Shown here in pieces: positions 60,922 through 64,000 of a DNA stretch of 64,000 bases. A program made the position numbers and the translations under genes. The DNA comes from Bacillus subtilis subsp. subtilis str. 168 (GTDB taxonomy: Bacteria; Bacillota; Bacilli; Bacillales; Bacillaceae): NCBI RefSeq assembly GCF_000009045.1, contig NC_000964.3, positions 2,728,001-2,792,000 of the forward strand. The letters run 5' to 3'. Numbering within the stretch: position 1 is the first letter of the stretch; every line of letters starts with the position of its first letter. The notes below the pieces were generated by a model. The model saw only the letters and a list, made by a program, of their open reading frames with translations. It was not told where the DNA came from and made no database searches.

Positions 60922-61621
60922 ATTTTAGCTTTTCTACTTTTGTCGGCTTCCAGCCTTTTTCATCGACCCATGTAATCGTGACTTGATATTTATTCCCAGT
61001 CGCCTTGTCCAAAATCTTGCCTTTGGCATCCTGAGGGCTGCCGTTATTTCCAAGCCAGAGCACCGTCATGTTATCTGTTGAGACACCAGTTGCGTACGAA
61101 ATGGCTTTCAGCATCTCAGCCCAGTCTTGTGAGCTTGAATCATAAGTAGCGGCATGCTCGCCAGTCTGCTCAGTTCCGACTGCTTTCCAGTCAGGATTTT
61201 CATACGTTTTTTCCACATCGCTCGATGAGCCGCCTTCTGTTACTTTTGCATCTTTAAGCCCGTCACCGGCTGAATCTGAGCTTGAATCTGAATCAGAGTC
61301 ATCTTTTTTAGAAGAAGAATCATCTTTTTTGGAATCAGAGTCAGAAGACTTCTCAGAATCCTTTTCGCTGTCAGATGTATCTTTCTTGCTGTCTTTTATA
61401 TCCTCATCCGATTTCTTTTCCGTCTTTCCTGAAGCCGGAGATTCCTGTTTTTGCGCCGTTTCAGAATCCTTGCTGACATCTTTGCTAGAAGGACTGTTAA
61501 TGAAGAGATTCGCTGCTACTACGACAATTAGTATGGATACGATTGCGATTAAAATGTTAAGCACTAAATTGGCTTTTCTGCGTTTATCACGATTTTCATA
61601 ACGAGATTGATTATTGCTCAA
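60920..61621 (-). CDS. yrrS: YrrS (DUF1510) membrane-anchored protein with Ser/Asp/Lys-rich linker
   Basis: SRYENRDKRRK, one TM, low-complexity linker, C-terminal W.AVGTEQ...WKPTKV. Confidence 0.9.
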   Translation of the reverse strand: MSNNQSRYENRDKRRKANLVLNILIAIVSILIVVVAANLFINSPSSKDVSKDSETAQKQESPASGKTEKKSDEDIKDSKKDTSDSEKDSEKSSDSDSKKDDSSSKKDDSDSDSSSDSAGDGLKDAKVTEGGSSSDVEKTYENPDWKAVGTEQTGEHAATYDSSSQDWAEMLKAISYATGVSTDNMTVLWLGNNGSPQDAKGKILDKATGNKYQVTITWVDEKGWKPTKVEKLK

Positions 61622-61685
61622 TAATTCTGCACTCCTTTATCCCTCTTGGCTCAGCATATATTTTAACATGTGCTGAGAAGTTGTT

Positions 61686-63440
61686 CTATTTCTGATTGAT
61701 TTCAATTTCGTGTACTTTTTTAACAATATCATAAAACACCGAATTTGTCAGAGCCTTATCTCCCGGTGTATCCATGTGTAAAACAACTAGAGCGTATTTC
61801 GGCTTATCCGCGGGAAAATATCCGGCAAACCATTTTTCGTAGAGCGTTTCCTTCTCTTTTGAAAGCTTGCCTGTCTGGGCTGTGCCCGACTTCCCTGCTA
61901 CAGTATACGGAAGATCTTGAAACCTTCTGCCCGTTCCGGAAGGAGATTCTACTACCCGCCGCAGTATTTTTTGAAGCTGCTGTGACGTATATTTGTCTAT
62001 CGTTTCCCCTTTGAGCTTCTGATCTTTAAACGTAACGAGCGTTGTGCCGTTCTTATACTCAATTTGTTCGGCAATTTTCACCTGCCGTTTTTCTCCGCCG
62101 CGGGCGATTGTCGCCATCATATTGGCTACCTCCAGCGGCGTTACCTTTACATTTTTCTGCCCGATTGCTGTTTGCGCAATGGCTTTTTTGACTGATTTGT
62201 CTTTTTCATCCCCCCAAATCACGCCGCTTTTTTCGTTATACAGCTGGCGGAAATCGGTTTCGTGGTACAGTTTTCCCTCCCAGCCTGCCCGATCAGTGAG
62301 AGCCAGCTTCTCGGACATATCTTCAATAACCGAGCTGTCTTTTTTCATTAATTGTTCTGCAAGACTCGTAAATGTGTAATTACAGCTTTGGGCAAAACTT
62401 TCATCAAAAGACAAGGTGCCTTTGTCGTCCCCCGGTTCCCCGTACAGGTTTAAATTGCAATTAAAGGTTTGACTAGGCTTCACCATATTATTTTCGATTG
62501 CAGCTGCGGCAATGACTGTTTTAAAAACTGATCCGGGATAGATTGGCGTCAGCATATAATTTTGAAGTGTGTTTTGCCGGGACACGTCTGCATCTGGTTT
62601 GCTTACAATTCCCAGAACACTGCTATTTTCGATGTCCAGCAGCACAGCTCCTCCCTTTTTCAGCCCCTGTTCATCCAATACCTCCTCCATCGCTTTTTGA
62701 ATGCTTTGATCGATCGTTGTTTTGATCTGGAGCGGATAAAATGTATTGGCTTCAGCTGTATATTTGACGTCCATGCCAAACAAAGGGTTTCCTTTTCCGT
62801 CCACATGATATAAAAGCTTTGTGTCTTGTTCCGGAAGCAAAAACTCGTCAAATGTCCGTTCTAAACCGGTTGTTCCGATTTCTGTTGTAATCGGAAGGCT
62901 CTCCTTGTCAGGATATTTCTTGCGAAGCAGCGCCGGATCTTGGTTCGTGCTCCCTATCGTATGTGAAGCAAGGCTGGGCTTGTCTTCATTCTCCATATAT
63001 ACGCCGTAAATGCCGGGATATTTCAAAGAATTGATTTTTGTGATAGATTGTTTTGAAAGTGTTTTGATTTTCTTTTGCTGCAAAATGACCGGTTTTTTTG
63101 CCTGACCTAGTGTCTGGCGCAAATCATCTTCAGACATGCCGAGGATGTCCGCAACTTTTTTGATCGGCCAATCCTGCGTCAGCAGAAAAGGGAACAAAAC
63201 AACCGCAGGCTCGCTTTGTCCTGTCAGCGCCCGCCCGTTTCGATCTAAAAAAGAGCCTCTTCCATCTGAAATGAGCACTTCCTCCGTCCGCTGTTTCACA
63301 CTTTCTTGAATCAAATTAATTTTCTTTTTAGAAAATGATTCTGTGAAAAACAGCTGGATTTCTGCAAGTCTCAGCAGAAGCAGAAAAAATACAATCAAAA
63401 AAGCGATGACTGCCAGCTTCATTCGTTTCGATATCTTCAT
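61686..63440 (-). CDS. pbpI: Class B penicillin-binding protein (PBP4b)
   Basis: PGSVFK (SxxK), SCN (SxN) and KSGTAQ (KxG) motifs; N-terminal TM. Confidence 0.93.
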
Positions 63441-63493
63441 AAAAAAACACCTCACCCACATTGTGGACGAGGTGTTTCGCTGCTAAACAGATA

Positions 63494-63967
63494 TTATGAA
63501 ATTTTCACAATTTTCACGAGCATTTCTCCGCCCGGTGTTTGTACTGTGACTTCTTCATCTACTTTTTTGCCCAAGAGGCTTTTTGCGATCGGTGAATCGT
63601 TTGAGATTTTCCCTTCAAACGGGTCAGCTTCCGCGCTTCCGACGATCGTATATGATTCTTCATCACCGTCAGGCAGTTCGACGAAAGTGACGGTTTTACC
63701 CAAACCGACAACGTTAGAGCCGCCGTCATCTTCAATGATTTTCGCATTGCGAATCATATTTTCAAGAGTCGTCACGCGGCCCTCTACAAATGCCTGCTCT
63801 TCTTTCGCTGAATCGTATTCAGAGTTCTCGGAAAGGTCTCCGAAGCTTCTCGCAATTTTGATTCGCTCTACTACTTCTTTTCGTTTAACCGTTTTCAAAT
63901 ATTCTAATTCTTGTTCAAGTTTTTGTTTTCCTTCTGCAGTCATAGGAAAAACTTTCTCTTGTGCCAT
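63494..63967 (-). CDS. greA: Transcription elongation factor GreA
   Basis: GDLSENSEY and [11 protein letters not shown] motifs. Confidence 0.98.
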   Translation of the reverse strand: MAQEKVFPMTAEGKQKLEQELEYLKTVKRKEVVERIKIARSFGDLSENSEYDSAKEEQAFVEGRVTTLENMIRNAKIIEDDGGSNVVGLGKTVTFVELPDGDEESYTIVGSAEADPFEGKISNDSPIAKSLLGKKVDEEVTVQTPGGEMLVKIVKIS

Positions 63968-64000
63968 GTCCCTTCACTCCTTCTGGTTGTCCCTCAACAT

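Overview
The window is a Bacillus subtilis-type chromosomal segment. I recognise it as the brnQ/azl-to-greA region of B. subtilis 168 or a near-identical strain (from protein sequences and gene order, not a database search). The left part (about 2.3-28 kb) is visibly AT-rich and accessory-like. It holds the azlBCD-brnQ operon, an orphan barstar, P450 cypA, aadK, a second glutamate racemase, Zur-controlled zinT, sigZ, a LysR/PrpF/CitMHS module, chitosanase, tandem SH3b proteins, a split-CotF/adhB spore operon, the AdhR aldehyde-stress locus and many decayed gene remnants. The right part holds the levanase PTS operon with levR, aapA, the sigV-rsiV-oatA lysozyme-resistance operon, fatR-cypB, a formate dehydrogenase/FNT cluster, the yrrT-mtnN-mccAB operon, pbpI-yrrS and greA. 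I saw no rRNA, tRNA, CRISPR array or intact transposase. The most interesting signals lie below the 60-aa ORF-track cutoff. (1) A complete ribosome-dependent attenuator (promoter, 38-aa leader ORF, antiterminator and terminator) sits in front of a micro-protein cluster that starts with yrzI. (2) A 27-aa leader ORF with mutually exclusive helices and an SD-sequestering stem sits in front of yraL-yraK. (3) A decayed barnase-like 3' end lies directly upstream of the orphan barstar gene.
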